Assembly: GCA_951406725.2 (NCBI GenBank)
Contig: OX597842.1
Location: 25,668,001 to 25,732,000, forward strand
Length of the DNA: 64,000 nt
Origin: Octopus vulgaris
Taxonomy: Eukaryota
Reading direction: 5' to 3'
This document shows, in pieces, positions 51,366-64,000 of the stretch. A program made the translations under genes and the position numbers. The notes beneath the pieces are model-generated. The model worked only from the letters and a program-made list of their open reading frames with translations. It did not search any database and was not told where the DNA came from. Each line of letters opens with the position of its first letter. The first letter of the stretch is position 1.

Positions 51366-51417
51366 GTATGTATATATATGTATGTATGTATATATATATA
51401 TGTATGTATGTATGTAT

Positions 51418-51451
<34 letters not shown>

Positions 51452-51616
51452 GTATATATATGTATGTATGTATGTATGTATATATATGTATGTATGTATA
51501 TATATATATATATGTATGTATATATATATATATATGTATGTATGTATATATGTATGTATGTATGTATATGTATGTATGTATGTATATGTATGTATGTATA
51601 TATGTATGTATGAATG

Positions 51617-51652
<36 letters not shown>

Positions 51653-51774
51653 TATATATATATATGTATGTATGTATATATATATATATGTATGTATATA
51701 TATATATGTATGTATATACATATATATGTATGTATGTATATATATATATGTATGTATGTATATATATATATATG

Positions 51775-51806
<32 letters not shown>

Positions 51807-51988
51807 TGTATGTATGTATATATATATGTATGTATGTATATATATATATATATGTATGTATGTATGTATATATATATATGTATGTATGTATATATATATA
51901 TATGTATGTATGTATGTATATATATATATATGTATGTATGTATATATATATATATGTATGTATGTATATATATATATATGTATGTATG

Positions 51989-52025
<37 letters not shown>

Positions 52026-52558
52026 ATGTATATGTATGTATGTATATGTATATGTATGTATGTATATATATATATGTATGTATGTATATGTATATATATA
52101 TATGTATGTATGTATATGTATATATATATATGTATGTATGTATATGTATATATATATATGTATGTATGTATATGTATATATATATATGTATGTATGTATA
52201 TGTATATATATATATGTATGTATGTATATGTATATATATATATGTATGTATGTATATGTATATATATATATGTATGTATGTATATGTATATATATATATG
52301 TATGTATGTATATGTATATATATATGTATGTATATATATATATGTATGTATGTATATATATATATATGTATGTATGTATATATATATATATATGTATGTA
52401 TGTATATGTATGTATGTATATGTGCTATATATATGTATGTATATGTGCTATATATATGTATGTATATGTATGTATATGTATGTATATGTGTATATGTGTG
52501 TATGTATGTATGTATGTATGTATACGTATATATATGTGTGTATGTGTATATATATATA
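50066..52558. repeat. ~2.5-kb compound (TATG)n/(TA)n microsatellite
   Basis: Direct reading. Preceded by degenerate (TATC)n at 49920-50065. Confidence 0.98.
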
Positions 52559-52749
52559 GTTAGAATTTACAAACAAAACAAAAGATGAAGACGGGTGTGT
52601 AAACAACAAACAGATGTATTAGTTTAATGCCCCGGAAGTGAGAAAGTCTTTTATGTTTTGAGCCTATGCTCTTCGACAGAAAGAAACACAGAAATAAACA
52701 GGGAGAGAAAATAAAAAAGGTTTTAGTGGCTAATGATCTATCATATATA

Positions 52750-53171
52750 GTCACCATCCGATCGTGGCCGATCGCCAGCCTCATCTGGCTCCTGTGTCGG
52801 TGGCACATAAAAAACACCATCCGAGCGTGGTCGTCTGCTAGCCTTGTCTGGCACCTGTGTCGGTGGCACATAAAAACACCATCCGAGCGTGGCCGTTTGC
52901 CAGCCTCGTCTGGCACCTGTGTTGGTGGCACATAAAAACACCATCCGAGCGTGGCCGTTCGCCAGCCTCGTCTGGCACCTGTGTCGGTGGCACATAAAAT
53001 CACCCACTACACTCTCGGAGTGGTTGGCGTTAGGAAGGGCATCCAGCTGTAGAAACACTGCCAGATCTGACTGGCCTGGTGTAGCCTTCGGGCTCCCCAG
53101 ACCCCAGTTGAACCGTCCAACCCATGCTAGCATGGAAAGCGGACGTTAAATGATGATGATGATGATGATGA
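52750..53171 (+). mobile_element. SINE-like or RTE-related retroposon with ~58-bp internal tandem repeats and (ATG)n tail
   Basis: caccatccgagcgtgg..tctggcacctgtgtcggtggcacataaaa x4, followed by the same 3' end as 14525-14823. Confidence 0.78.
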
Positions 53172-53530
53172 CATATATGTGTGTGGTGACTCCAGCACTT
53201 GCACTGTTTGGGCTTGACTTCAGTGCAAATTTAGTAAAGTGAACGTGTAATTGCAAGTTTATTTGATTTCTGATAACACTGACCTCAAGTATGTAATTGC
53301 AGTCTATAACTTGGGCTCCTTTTATTGAGCCTGGCCACAGTTCATTTATTTTCGTTCAGTATCTTAGAGGTATCCTGTGTCAAAAATATCATTCATAGCA
53401 GACGTTCTCTCATGATCATTCACACACACACCTGACTCAGGCTCAGAAGTTACAGCTTGAGTTGTTATCTATAATTGTAAAAATTAAAAGCAATTCAAAT
53501 TCAATGTTTTCTTGAAACAATAAATTTCTA

Positions 53531-53924
53531 TAGGCGCAGAAGTGGCTGTGTGGTAAGTAGCTTGTTTACCAACCACATGGTTCCGGGTTCAGTCCCACTG
53601 CGTGGCACCTTGGGCAAGCGTCTTCTACTATAGCCTCGGGATGACCAAAGCCTTGTGAGTAGATTTGGTAGACGGAAACTGAAAGAAGCCTGTCGTATAT
53701 ATGTATATATATATATATGCGTGTGTGTTTGTGTTTGTCCCCCTAGCATTGCTTGACAACCGATGCTGGTGTGTTTATGTCCCTGTTACTTAGCGGTTCG
53801 GCAAAAGAGACCGATAGAATAAGTACTGGGCTTACAAAAGAATAAGTCCCGGGGTCGAGTTGCTCGATTAAAGGCGGTGCTCCAGCATGGCCGCAGTCAA
53901 ATGACTGAAACAAGTAAAGGAGAG
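53531..53924 (+). mobile_element. tRNA-derived SINE, second family, full length
   Basis: A and B boxes, central TA/TG tract, 3' ..ctccagcatggccgcagtcaaatgactgaaacaagtaaa. Confidence 0.9.
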
Positions 53925-54033
53925 ATTAGGATTTAAATTCCAGTCCATGAAAAGTTTCCTTTCTACAATATTCTTAAAGAAATGAAAAATTATCCAGTAA
54001 CTTGGGCTTGGTTGGAGTAAAATAATAAATGCA

Positions 54034-54525
54034 CCCTTTTAAAGCCTAGTCAGGCTCATGGGCCCTGTTTCCCAGTTTCAATGGCTTATGTGTTCCCCAG
54101 CTGGACGGGACGCCAGTCCATCGCAGCGTTTCTCATTTTTACCAGCTGAGTGGACCGGAGCAACGTGAAATGAAATGTTTTACTCAAGAACACATTGCGT
54201 TGCCCGGTCCAGGAATTGAAACCACAATCTTATGATCATGATGCTGACACCCTAACAACTAAGCCACGCACCTCCACTTTCGCCCTTTTAAAGCCTAGTC
54301 AGGCTCATTTGCCCGGTTTCCCTGTTTCAGTGGCGTATGTGTTCCCCAGCTGGACAGGACGCCAGTCCATCGCAGCGTTACTCATTTTTGCCAGCTGAGT
54401 GGACTGGAGCAATGTGAAATGAAGTGTTTTGCTCAAGAACACAACGCGTTGCCCAGTCCAGGAATTGAAACCACAATCTTACGATCATGGTGCTGACACC
54501 CTAACCAGAAGCCACGCACCTCCAC
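54034..54525 (-). mobile_element. Two tandem tRNA-derived SINE copies, third family
   Basis: cccttttaaagcctagtcaggctcat...ccacgcacctccac occurs twice. Related pieces at ~44730-44845 and 47100-47230. Confidence 0.8.
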
Positions 54526-54794
54526 GTTGGTGTAAAAGACTAACTGGTATCTCTTATCAAGAGTACAGGTGACAGTCAGACCGCTGATGTTTGTTGTGCA
54601 ATCCACTGTCGTTATTTGATTGCTGTTATTCTGTGCATCCGTGTGTAAAGACCACATGGTTCTGGGTTCAGTCCCACTGCGTGGCATCTTGGGCAAGTGT
54701 CTTCTACTATAGCCCCGATCCTACCAAAGCCTTGTGAGTGGATTTTGAAGGGTTGTTTTTATTTTTACCCTTAACTTAGAAATGGAGAAAGACA

Positions 54795-55820
54795 TAGGCG
54801 CAGGAGTGGCTATGTGGTAAGTAGCTTGCTAACCAACCACATGGTTCCAGGTTCAGTCCCACTGCGTGGCATCTTGGGCAAGTGTCTTCTGCTATAGCCC
54901 CAGGCCGACCAATGCCTTGTGAGTGGATTTGGTAGACAGAAACTGAAAGAAGCCCGTCGTATATATATATATATGTATATGTATATACGTTTGTGTGTCT
55001 GTGTTTGTCCCCCTAGCATTGCTTGACAACTGATGCTGGTGTGTTTACGTCCCCATCACTTAGCGGTTCGGCAAAAGAGACCGATAGAATAAGTACAAGG
55101 CTTACAAAGAATAAGTCCTGGGGTCGATTTGCTCGACTAAAGGCGGTGCTCCAGCATGGCCACAATCAAATGACTGAAACGAGTAAAAGAGAGTAAAGAG
55201 TATAGTGCTAGTGCATGCATATACAGCTGCATGTGTGCACACATACATGCGAGTACTGTCCAAATCTCCAACCAATCAAACAGGTAGCATGGCACCTTGG
55301 GCAAGTGTCTCCTACTATAGCCTCGGGCCAACCAAAGCCTTGTGAGTGGATTTGATAGACAGAAACTGAAAAGAAGCCCGTCGTATATATGTATAGATAT
55401 ATATGCATGTGTGTGTTTGTGTGTCTGTGTCTGTCCCCCCAACATCACTTGACAACCGATGCTGGTGTGTTTACGTCCCTGTAACTTAGCGGTTCGGCAA
55501 AAGAGACTGATAGAATAAGTACCAGTCTTACAAAGAATAAGTCCCGGGGTCGATTTGCTCAACTAAAAGGTGGTGCTCCAGCATGGCCGGTGTCAAATGA
55601 CTGAAACAAGTAAAAGAGTAAAAAAGAGAGTAAAGAGTATATATCTATATGTAATTATAAGTGCGTTTGTGTGTCTGTGTTTGTCCCCCTAACGTCACTT
55701 GACAACCGTGTGTTTATGTCCCTGCAACTTAGCGGTTCGGCAAAAGAAACCGATAGAATAAGTACTGGGCTTACAAAGAATAAGTCCTGAAATGACTGAA
55801 AAAAGTAAAAGAGTAAAGAG
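54795..55820 (+). mobile_element. Cluster of second-family SINE copies: one full, two 5'-truncated
   Basis: Repeated cttagcggttcggcaaaagagaccgatagaataagtac blocks. Confidence 0.85.
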
Positions 55821-56013
55821 TATTTAGTGAATGATGAAATTATATTTAAATATCACATTTTTTAAAAATAGATACAGTTGTTTCTTTAGTAGGCTTGTGG
55901 GTAAAGGTGCTTTATAAGCAGAGGCATATGTTGAGGTGGAGGGTTTCAGTCTCTGCCAAGTATTATAAAAGATAATAAATCTCCGAACGAGATGTAAACA
56001 GTAACCACTCGAC

Positions 56014-56556
56014 AACGTAAAGCGTACTAGCCATCATAATGTGGCTAACCACTAAGGGTGGGTGTTACTGTAGCTTTTAGCCCCAGGAGATCATCGTCTC
56101 CAGCTGGCTTTAGACACACTTTCTGTGCCCTTCTGATATTCGCAAAGGGAGGTCATCCCCTCTCGCAAACCTAAGTGATACATACGGACTATAGTTTCGA
56201 GGTTTTTGCCTCTTGTCAACGTACGGTAATCACCGGTTTTCGATTAGGGAGACCTGTTTGCGAATATCTATTTAATGTTTTTCCCAGCAACCACTGTCAC
56301 TAGATTTATTATTGCTTTCAGACAGTTTTTTGAAATCAGTGACAAACCAATCGACGAGAGGCAAAAACCTCGAAACTATAGTCCGTGTGTATCACTTAGG
56401 TTTTCGAGAGGGGATGACCTCCCTTTGCAAATATCAGAAGGGCACAGAAAGTGTGTCTAAAGCCAGCTGGAGACGACGATCTCCTGGGGCTAAACGCTTC
56501 AGTAACACCCACCCCCAGTGGCTAGCCACATTGAGATGGCTAGTACACTTTACGTT
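56014..56556. mobile_element. Foldback/MITE with ~205-bp inverted arms
   Basis: 56014-56218 is an imperfect reverse complement of 56353-56556. Same family as 42255. Confidence 0.85.
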
Positions 56557-57305
56557 ATTATAAAAGAGTTTTACTAAATATTTACAAGTTTTCTATCTAG
56601 TTAGATAGGAGGGGAAAAAGAAGGGGGTGTATAATTTTTACTTGGATTTAATGGTTCAGTGAAAGAGACTAATAGAATAAGGACCAGCCTTGAAAACATT
56701 AATTACAGGGTTGATTTATTTAACTGAAACCTTCAAGAAGGGGCCCCAGGTCAGCCCCACTCAAACAACTGCAAAAATAAAAACAAAACAAAACAATTCA
56801 GCACATGACCAGGGACATGATTGAACTCTGTATCAGGATGCTTCTGAAGAAGAAAAAACCCTAACCCTAACCCTAAGCCTAACCCTTCCCCCGCCCCTAA
56901 CCCAGTTTTTAAAAATAATTTCCACATAACTAAACACTTTTAAACTTCGTATACTTGTAGAATGTGTTTATAAAGCATCTTTTTCTTTTGGCTTTATTGA
57001 GAAAATTCTATAGTTTGTAAAATATTTGTTGTTTTTTTCTTCAAGTTCTGCAATTTCAACCAATCAATGACGTCTGTTGAGGTGAAAACATTCTGTGCCG
57101 TATGGATATGTCCCTCGTCTAAGAAACAGATTGGGTTTATTTACATTTGTGAAGAAAAAAGATACCCTTCCCCCTAACTCTAACCCTAAAACAGATTGAA
57201 ATGCAATAGATCGATTCTAGGGTCATAATTATGGGTGACAATTTCATATGACACCGCTAGAAAAAACTGCCGTTCAAACCGAAAAGATCCCAGATTCTTT
57301 CCTCT

Positions 57306-57550
57306 GTACTACTTAAGAAGAGTGGTCCCGGTGAGCGCACTCGCGCATCCGCACTAGCTAGTCGTAACTAGTCGATCCTACAACGACTATCTAGCAAAAT
57401 AAATAAAACAAAAAATAATTGTTTTACACACAGTAAATAATTTTTTTAAAACAAAGTAAATAAAACAAAAACACAAAGGATCGACTAGTCACGACTAGCA
57501 TGCGTGAGTACGCGAGTGCGCGCACCGGGACCACTCTTCTTAAGTAATAC
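57306..57550. mobile_element. MITE with ~70-bp inverted arms
   Basis: tacttaagaagagtggtcccggtg..ctagtcgatcc mirrored by ggatcgactag..caccgggaccactcttcttaagta. Confidence 0.8.
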
Positions 57551-57856
57551 CCGTTCCTCTACCACCACACGGTCTGAAATTTGCGGCGAGAGGTCTAGTC
57601 GATCACATTGACCCACCTTCTTAACTGGTACTTATTTCGGTAAATTTTCAGATTAACACCCGCGCGATTTTCACCAAAACAACGACAACAACAAAAAAAC
57701 CTCGGAGTTTTTTGCATGGAATCAAGTACCCTGACCTCCTAATATGCTGCAAATCCCATATTTTGGTTCGGAAAGTGTTAATCTGAAAATTTACAATTAT
57801 TTCATCGACCTCGATATGATGAAAAACAATGCCGACCTCGGCGGAATTCGAACTCC

Positions 57857-58277
57857 GGCAATCTTTCGTCTCTAGTAGACCTTTCCGTCGATTTCCGTAA
57901 AAAAGTTTGTTTATTTTTACATATGGGTTTGCGGGAACTTTTGAAGTAATGAGACCGAAAGAGACTAAGAGAAAGCGATTGTATGACGAGGGAAGTTCTT
58001 TTGAAGTTACCGTGCATGTGAAGCATTGATGTACATGTGTGTGTGTGTTTGATGGGGTCTGGGAGACAGACAGTATGTTGTGTAAGTGAAGTGCTTCTGT
58101 TAGTGTGTGTGAAGAGACAGAGAGAGTAATGTGTGAAAGAAAGAGATAACTGACATTTTTTACTCGGTGTATGTGTATATGTATGTATATTACTTCAAAA
58201 GTTCCCGCAAGCCCATATGTAAAAAAAAAATTGTTACGGAAATCGACGGAAAGGTCTACTAGAGACGAAAGATCGCC
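57857..58277. mobile_element. MITE with ~95-bp TIRs and 8-bp TSD, inserted in a SINE remnant
   Basis: ggcaatctttcgtctctagtagacc...ggtctactagagacgaaagatcgcc with CGAACTCC on both sides. Confidence 0.88.
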
Positions 58278-58419
58278 CGAACTCCGAACGAAAGAGCAGG
58301 AAGAAATGCCGCTAAGCATTTTATCCAATGCGTTAGCGATTCTGCCTTGTCTCACGCACACAGACAATGGTTTGAAATTCTGGCACCAGGCCAGCAGTTT
58401 TGGAGACGAAGGGTAAGCC

Positions 58420-59440
58420 CCAAGGATATCGACCCCTAGGACTTGGCTGGCACTAATTTTTATCGGAGCTGAAAGGCGAAGTCAACACCGGTGAAATTCG
58501 AACTCAGAATGTAGACAGACGAAATGTCGCTAAACAATTCGTCCGGCGTGTTTAACGATTCTGCCAGTTTACACACACACACACACACACACACATACAT
58601 ACATACACATACATACAATACGCCCGTAGTCGATATATACACACACACATACACAGAACTGCAACCAGCAAAACAGTGAAATCTGCTGCTAACACAGATA
58701 CACACCAGTATATATTTCTTTACTACACAAGGGGCTAAACACAGAGGGGACAAACAAGGACAGACATAGGTATTAAGTCGATTACATCGACCCCAGTGCA
58801 TAACTGGTACTTAATTTATCGACCCCGAAAGGATGAAAGGCAAAATCGACCTCGGCGGAATTTGAACTCAGAACGTAATGGCAGACGAAATACCTATTTC
58901 TTTACTACCCACAAGGGGCTAAACACAGAGGGGAACAAACAAGGACAGACATAGGTATTAAGTCGATTACATCGACCCCAGTGCGTAACTGGTACTTAAT
59001 TTATCGACCCCGAAACGGGTGAAAGGCAAAATCGACCTCGGTGGAATTTGAACTCAGAACGTAGCGGCAGACGAAATACGGCTACGCATTTCGCCCGGCG
59101 TGCTAACGTCTCTGCCAGCTCGCCGCCTTACACACAAACATACATACACACATACAATACGCCCGTAGTCGATATATATATATACACACACACATACACA
59201 TAACTGCAACCAGCAAAACAGTGAAGTGAAATCAGCTGCTAATACAGACACACACACACTAACACACAAACACACGTAAGTTCTAAGGATATCGATCCCT
59301 AGGACTTCGTTGGTACTAATTTTTATCGGACTAGAAAGGGCTGAACGGCGAAGTGAACATCGGTGGAATTTGAACTCAGAACGTAACGGCAGACGAAATT
59401 TCGCTCGGCGCGCTAACATTTCTGCCAGGCGCCGCCTTAC
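58420..59440 (-). mobile_element. Cluster of first-family SINE copies and fragments
   Basis: Repeated cggcggaatttgaactcagaacgta..gcagacgaaat and gaccccgaaaggatgaaaggcaaa. Confidence 0.82.
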
Positions 59441-59564
59441 ACACACACAAACACACATACATACAATACGCCCGTAGTCGCTTATATACACACACACATA
59501 CACATAACTGCAACGAGCGAAACGGTGAAATCAGCTGCTAATACAGATGCACACATATAGGCAT

Positions 59565-59992
59565 TAATACACACACACCAGCACGCACACACATGACAAC
59601 GTGCACTGCACGCACACACACTAGCACACAAAACAGGCACACACATTAGCACACAAACACACACACACATGACAACGTGCACTGCACACAAAACACACAC
59701 ACACACATATTAGCACACAAACACACTCACACACACACACATGACAACGTGCACTGCACGCACACACACTAGCACACAAAACACACATACACATTAGCAC
59801 ACAAACACACACACACACACACATGACAACGTGCACTGCACGCACACACACTAGCACACAAACAAACACACACACACGACAACGTGCACTGCACACAAAA
59901 CACACACACACACTAACACACAAAACACACAAGCACACAAAACACATACACACATTAGCACACACACACATGACAACGTGCACTGCACACAA
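59565..59992. repeat. CA-rich minisatellite with core gacaacgtgcactgcac (6 copies)
   Basis: Core at approximately 59595, 59671, 59743, 59825, 59878 and 59972. Confidence 0.85.
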
Positions 59993-60324
59993 ACGAAAAA
60001 TCAACCAATGAAAACAAAGTATTTTGCCGTAACGGACGACCAGGTGACCATCGGTGATTTCCGGTAGGAAGCGTTCTGCCGTGACCGGGGTAACCAGACC
60101 AGACACAGCTGCAGAAGGACAACATACACCCCCTTATATACACATGCATATATATGCATAAATATATATATATATGCGTACACATATATACATACATGTT
60201 GGTCTAGATTAGAGCTAAGACTTCACTCGGTAAGTATAGCCTTATATATGTATATATACACATTTATGTATACATATATACACTCCCCAACACGTGTGAA
60301 TGTATATATATGTGTGTGTGTGTA

Positions 60325-61597
60325 TCAGGTCGTCCCATAAGTTCTGTCCCATTTTTACCTGTTTTTTTTAAATCGAATGGAATTTAATAATATTTTATAT
60401 TGCTTTTATGCCTTTGTGTATATTTAAACTAATTAAATTTTATTTTACAGAAGAATAGGATTAAAATTTCTTTGGTTAAAACCCTTTCTGACAAGGAAGT
60501 ATCCAAGGAGCATTTGAGGGCCCATAATGCTTTATGGGTACAAAAAAGGAAACCCTGCAGCCGAAGCGACTCGAAATATACACTCAGGTTATGGGAAAGA
60601 ATGCTTGAATGAAAGAACTTGCTGAAGATGGTTTGCAAAATGCAGAAGTGGAGATTTCAGCCTTGAAGATGAAGATCGAACAGGACGTCCAGTTGAGTTT
60701 GATGATGAGCTCCTTGAGGCATCCCTTGAAGAAAATCCTGCATTATCAGTTGAAGAATTGGCAATAAAGCTTAGTTCAAACCGTACAGCTGTCCGTCGTC
60801 ACCTTCAACAACTTGGAAAGGTTCCTAAACTTGGGAAATGGGTGCCTCATGAATTGTCCGAAAGTAACCGCAAATCCAGGGTTGACATCTGCCCTTCACT
60901 CCATTCTTGTGAACCCATTTCACCCTTTTTGTCACCCTTTTTGGATAAATTTATGACTGGTGAGGAGAAATGGATCTTCTATCGAAATGTTAAACGTTTT
61001 AAACAGTGGCTTGGTAACAGAGAAAAAGCTCAACCACAACCGAGAAGGGAACTTCATGGGAAAAAAGGTCCTTCTCTCTATCTGGTGGGGTTGCAAAGGA
61101 GTAATTCACTTTGAATTGTTACCACCTAATGCAACAATCAATGCTCAAGTCTCCTGTCAGCAATTAGAGGGTTTGAACCAAGCTATGAAGAAAAAGAGAC
61201 CCTCTTTAGTGAATCAGAAAGGAGTGGTGTTTCATCAGGACAATGCGTGACCCATCACAGAAGATCAAAGAATTTGGTTGGGAAAAAAATTCCTCATCCA
61301 CCTTATTCTCCAGACCTTGTCCCTTCAGACTACCATTTGTTTCGAAGTTTACAGAATTATTTTGGGGCCATATAATTTTCACAAGCCAGGAGGAGATCGA
61401 ACCTGGCATTTCAGAGTTCTTCGCTTTGAAACTAAAAGAGTTTTTACATCGATGGGGTTAAAAAACTTGTAAACAGATGGAAGGAAGTCATAGATAATCA
61501 GGGAAAGGACATTGATGATTAAATTTCAATTAAATACAACATTTGATCACTTGTTTTCTTTATTCAAAATTCGGACAGAACTTATGGGATAACCTGA
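60325..61597 (+). mobile_element. Full-length decayed mariner (DD34D) transposon
   Basis: TIRs tcaggtcgtcccataagttctgtcc / ggacagaacttatgggataacctga flanked by TA. Transposase motifs WVPHEL, TGEEKW, FHQDNA and HPPYSPDL..SDYHLF are spread over frameshifted ORFs. Confidence 0.94.
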
Positions 61598-61645
61598 TAT
61601 ATATATTACTACGTGTGTGTGTGTATATATATATGTATATAACTA

Positions 61646-61702
<57 letters not shown>

Positions 61703-61911
61703 GTATATATATATGTATAACTACGTGTGTGTATATATGTACATATAACTACGTGTGTATAGATACGTATATATATATATATATGACTTACCGTATGTGA
61801 AAATTTACGTATTTATGTATGTATGTGTGTATATATATATGTGTGTGTGCGTACGTGGGTGTATATATAGTATATATGCGTATGTGTGTGTATATATAGT
61901 ATATATGCGTA

Positions 61912-61963
<52 letters not shown>

Positions 61964-62842
61964 CACATAACGTGTAAACTTTACGTATGTATGTGCATAA
62001 CTACATGAGTGTGTGTGTATATATATATATATGTGTGTGTGTGTATCTATATGTTTGACTACGTATGTGTGTGTATACAGATATATCGATGACTACATCT
62101 GTGTGTCTGGTATGTATAAAATGCATATAAAACTGTATACAAGCATTCTAATATCGAAAGACAGTCGTTTATGTATGTATGCATGAAACTTGGGTGTGTA
62201 GAATATATGAAGTTACGTTAGTGTTTGTATACACATCTTTCTGCAAAGTTCTTTTGAATAAAGAACAACGCGAAACTCGAAGTAAACAACGATGCTCCAG
62301 CATGGCTACAGTCTAATGACTGAAGCCAGTAAAAGATGTGTGTATATATATATATATGTTTGTATATATACATGTGTGTATCTATGTACGTATATCTATG
62401 AAAATATTGTATGTATATGTATGCCGTATATGTGTATATATATGTACGTATATGTATTTATACATATGTACATATATGTACGTACACATGTATATACGTA
62501 TGTACATATATATTTATGTACGTATGTAGGCATATATACATGTGTGTATCTATGTACGTATATGTTTGCATATATATATATGTACGTATTTGTGTATATA
62601 TATATATATGTTTGTATATATATATGTGTGTATCTATGTACGTATATCTATGAAAATATTGTATGTATATGTATGCCGTATATGTGTATATATATGTACG
62701 TATATGTATTTATACATATGTACATATATGTACGTACACATGTATATACGTATGTACATATATATTTATGTACGTATGTAGGCATATATACATGTGTGTA
62801 TCTATGTACGTATATGTTTGCATATATATATATGTACGTATT

Positions 62843-62887
<45 letters not shown>

Positions 62888-63127
62888 GTATTTGTGTATA
62901 TATGGCGGTGCCCCAGCATGGCCATAGCTCAAGAGCTGAAACTGGAAAACATAAAACATAAACAACATATATATACATATGTACGTATTTGTGTGTATAT
63001 ATATATGTACGTATTTGTGTGTGTGTGTGTATATATATATGTACGTATATGTATTTATACATATGTACGTATATGTTTGTGTATATATATATGTACGTAT
63101 ATGTTTATATATATATATGTACGTATT

Positions 63128-63166
<39 letters not shown>

Positions 63167-63223
63167 GTATATGTATTTATACATATGTACGTATATTTGT
63201 GTATATATATGTACGTATATGTT

Positions 63224-63260
<37 letters not shown>

Positions 63261-63361
63261 ACGTATATGTGTGTGTGTATATATATATATACGTACACAT
63301 ATGTATATACGTATATGCATATATATATATGTATGTGTATGCATATATATGTATGTACCTG

Positions 63362-63397
<36 letters not shown>
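61598..63397. repeat. TA/TG-rich low-complexity region with a ~250-bp tandem duplication
   Basis: Direct reading. The atctatgaaaatattgtatg anchor occurs at ~62394 and ~62646. Confidence 0.9.
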
Positions 63398-63669
63398 GTG
63401 CAAGTCCTGGGCGTTGGTTTGGCGGGCGATATGCCAGAGTTGGCGGTGTTGCTCCTCAAGTGTTTGTTCCGCATTGTCTGTTGCATTTTGAGTTCAAATC
63501 CCGCCTCTTTTGTCACCGGAAGACTACGAGCTCTCTCTCTCTCCTCCCCCAGCTCCATACTCCCCGTGAGAAGTGTACGAAGCCCTTCGTCCTTAAGCAA
63601 GTATTTCATCAGAAACCTTTCATCGCTCGTACAACAGCTGGCAAGAGAGAACGCAAATATCTACTTACA

Positions 63670-63788
63670 TTCTCTGTCTGTCTATCTCTCTCTCTGTCTG
63701 TCTCTGTCTGTCTGTCTGTCTCTCTGTCTGTCTCTGTCTTTCTGTCTGTCTATCTCTCTGTCTTTCTCTCTCTGTGTCTGTCTATCTC

Positions 63789-63819
<31 letters not shown>

Positions 63820-64000
63820 GTATGTCTCTCTCTGTCTCTCTCTCTCTCTGTCTGTCTGTCTCTCTCTGTGTCTTTCTCTCCCTCTCTCTGTCTATCTCTC
63901 TCTCTGTCTTTCTCTCTCTCTGTCTTTCTCTCTATCTCTCTCTGTCTGTCTCTCTCTCTCTGTCTTTCTCTCTCTCTGTCACTATCTCTCTGTCTCTATC
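63670..64000. repeat. (TC)n/(TCTG)n microsatellite
   Basis: Direct reading. Confidence 0.95.

Noticed and set aside
49892-52588. Long ORFs of 573-887 aa (MYVCMY.. and YIHTYI..)
   Set aside because: Translations of a stop-free microsatellite, not genes. The same applies to the ORFs at 61543-63609.
56858-56902. Telomere (CCCTAA)n
   Set aside because: Only ~5 degenerate units, with another trace near 57172. More likely part of an interspersed repeat.

Overview
Repeat-dense eukaryotic DNA with no intact host gene visible. It is most likely octopus, inferred from the tRNA-derived SINE families and the TA/TATG microsatellite load. Bases ~1-37,000 are a tandem array of a chimeric 4.4-5.7 kb unit. 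Read on the minus strand, the unit is: RTE-type LINE RT fragment, then a ~190-bp 28S rRNA fragment ending at the canonical R2 target site, then an R2 retrotransposon, then a 309-bp local repeat family. The R2 copies carry three zinc fingers, Myb and RT up to the QGD motif, but no YADD or endonuclease. There are seven R2 copies with two different 5' junction types and mosaic sequence from at least two diverged R2 lineages. The three copies with a full 5' UTR carry a candidate HDV-like ribozyme. The array also holds 160-bp and 309-bp satellites sharing one ancestral motif, and three separate micro-inversions. Bases 37-44 kb hold further duplicated TE debris (Gypsy gag, solo LTR, Helitron, RTE, Penelope), nearly all on the minus strand. 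Bases 44-64 kb are ordinary SINE, MITE and microsatellite DNA with a decayed mariner. The leading hypothesis (inference only) is an ectopic, repeatedly refreshed R2/28S archive, possibly a uni-strand piRNA cluster. All coordinates and alignments were read by eye, so boundaries are approximate unless defined by a TSD or junction.
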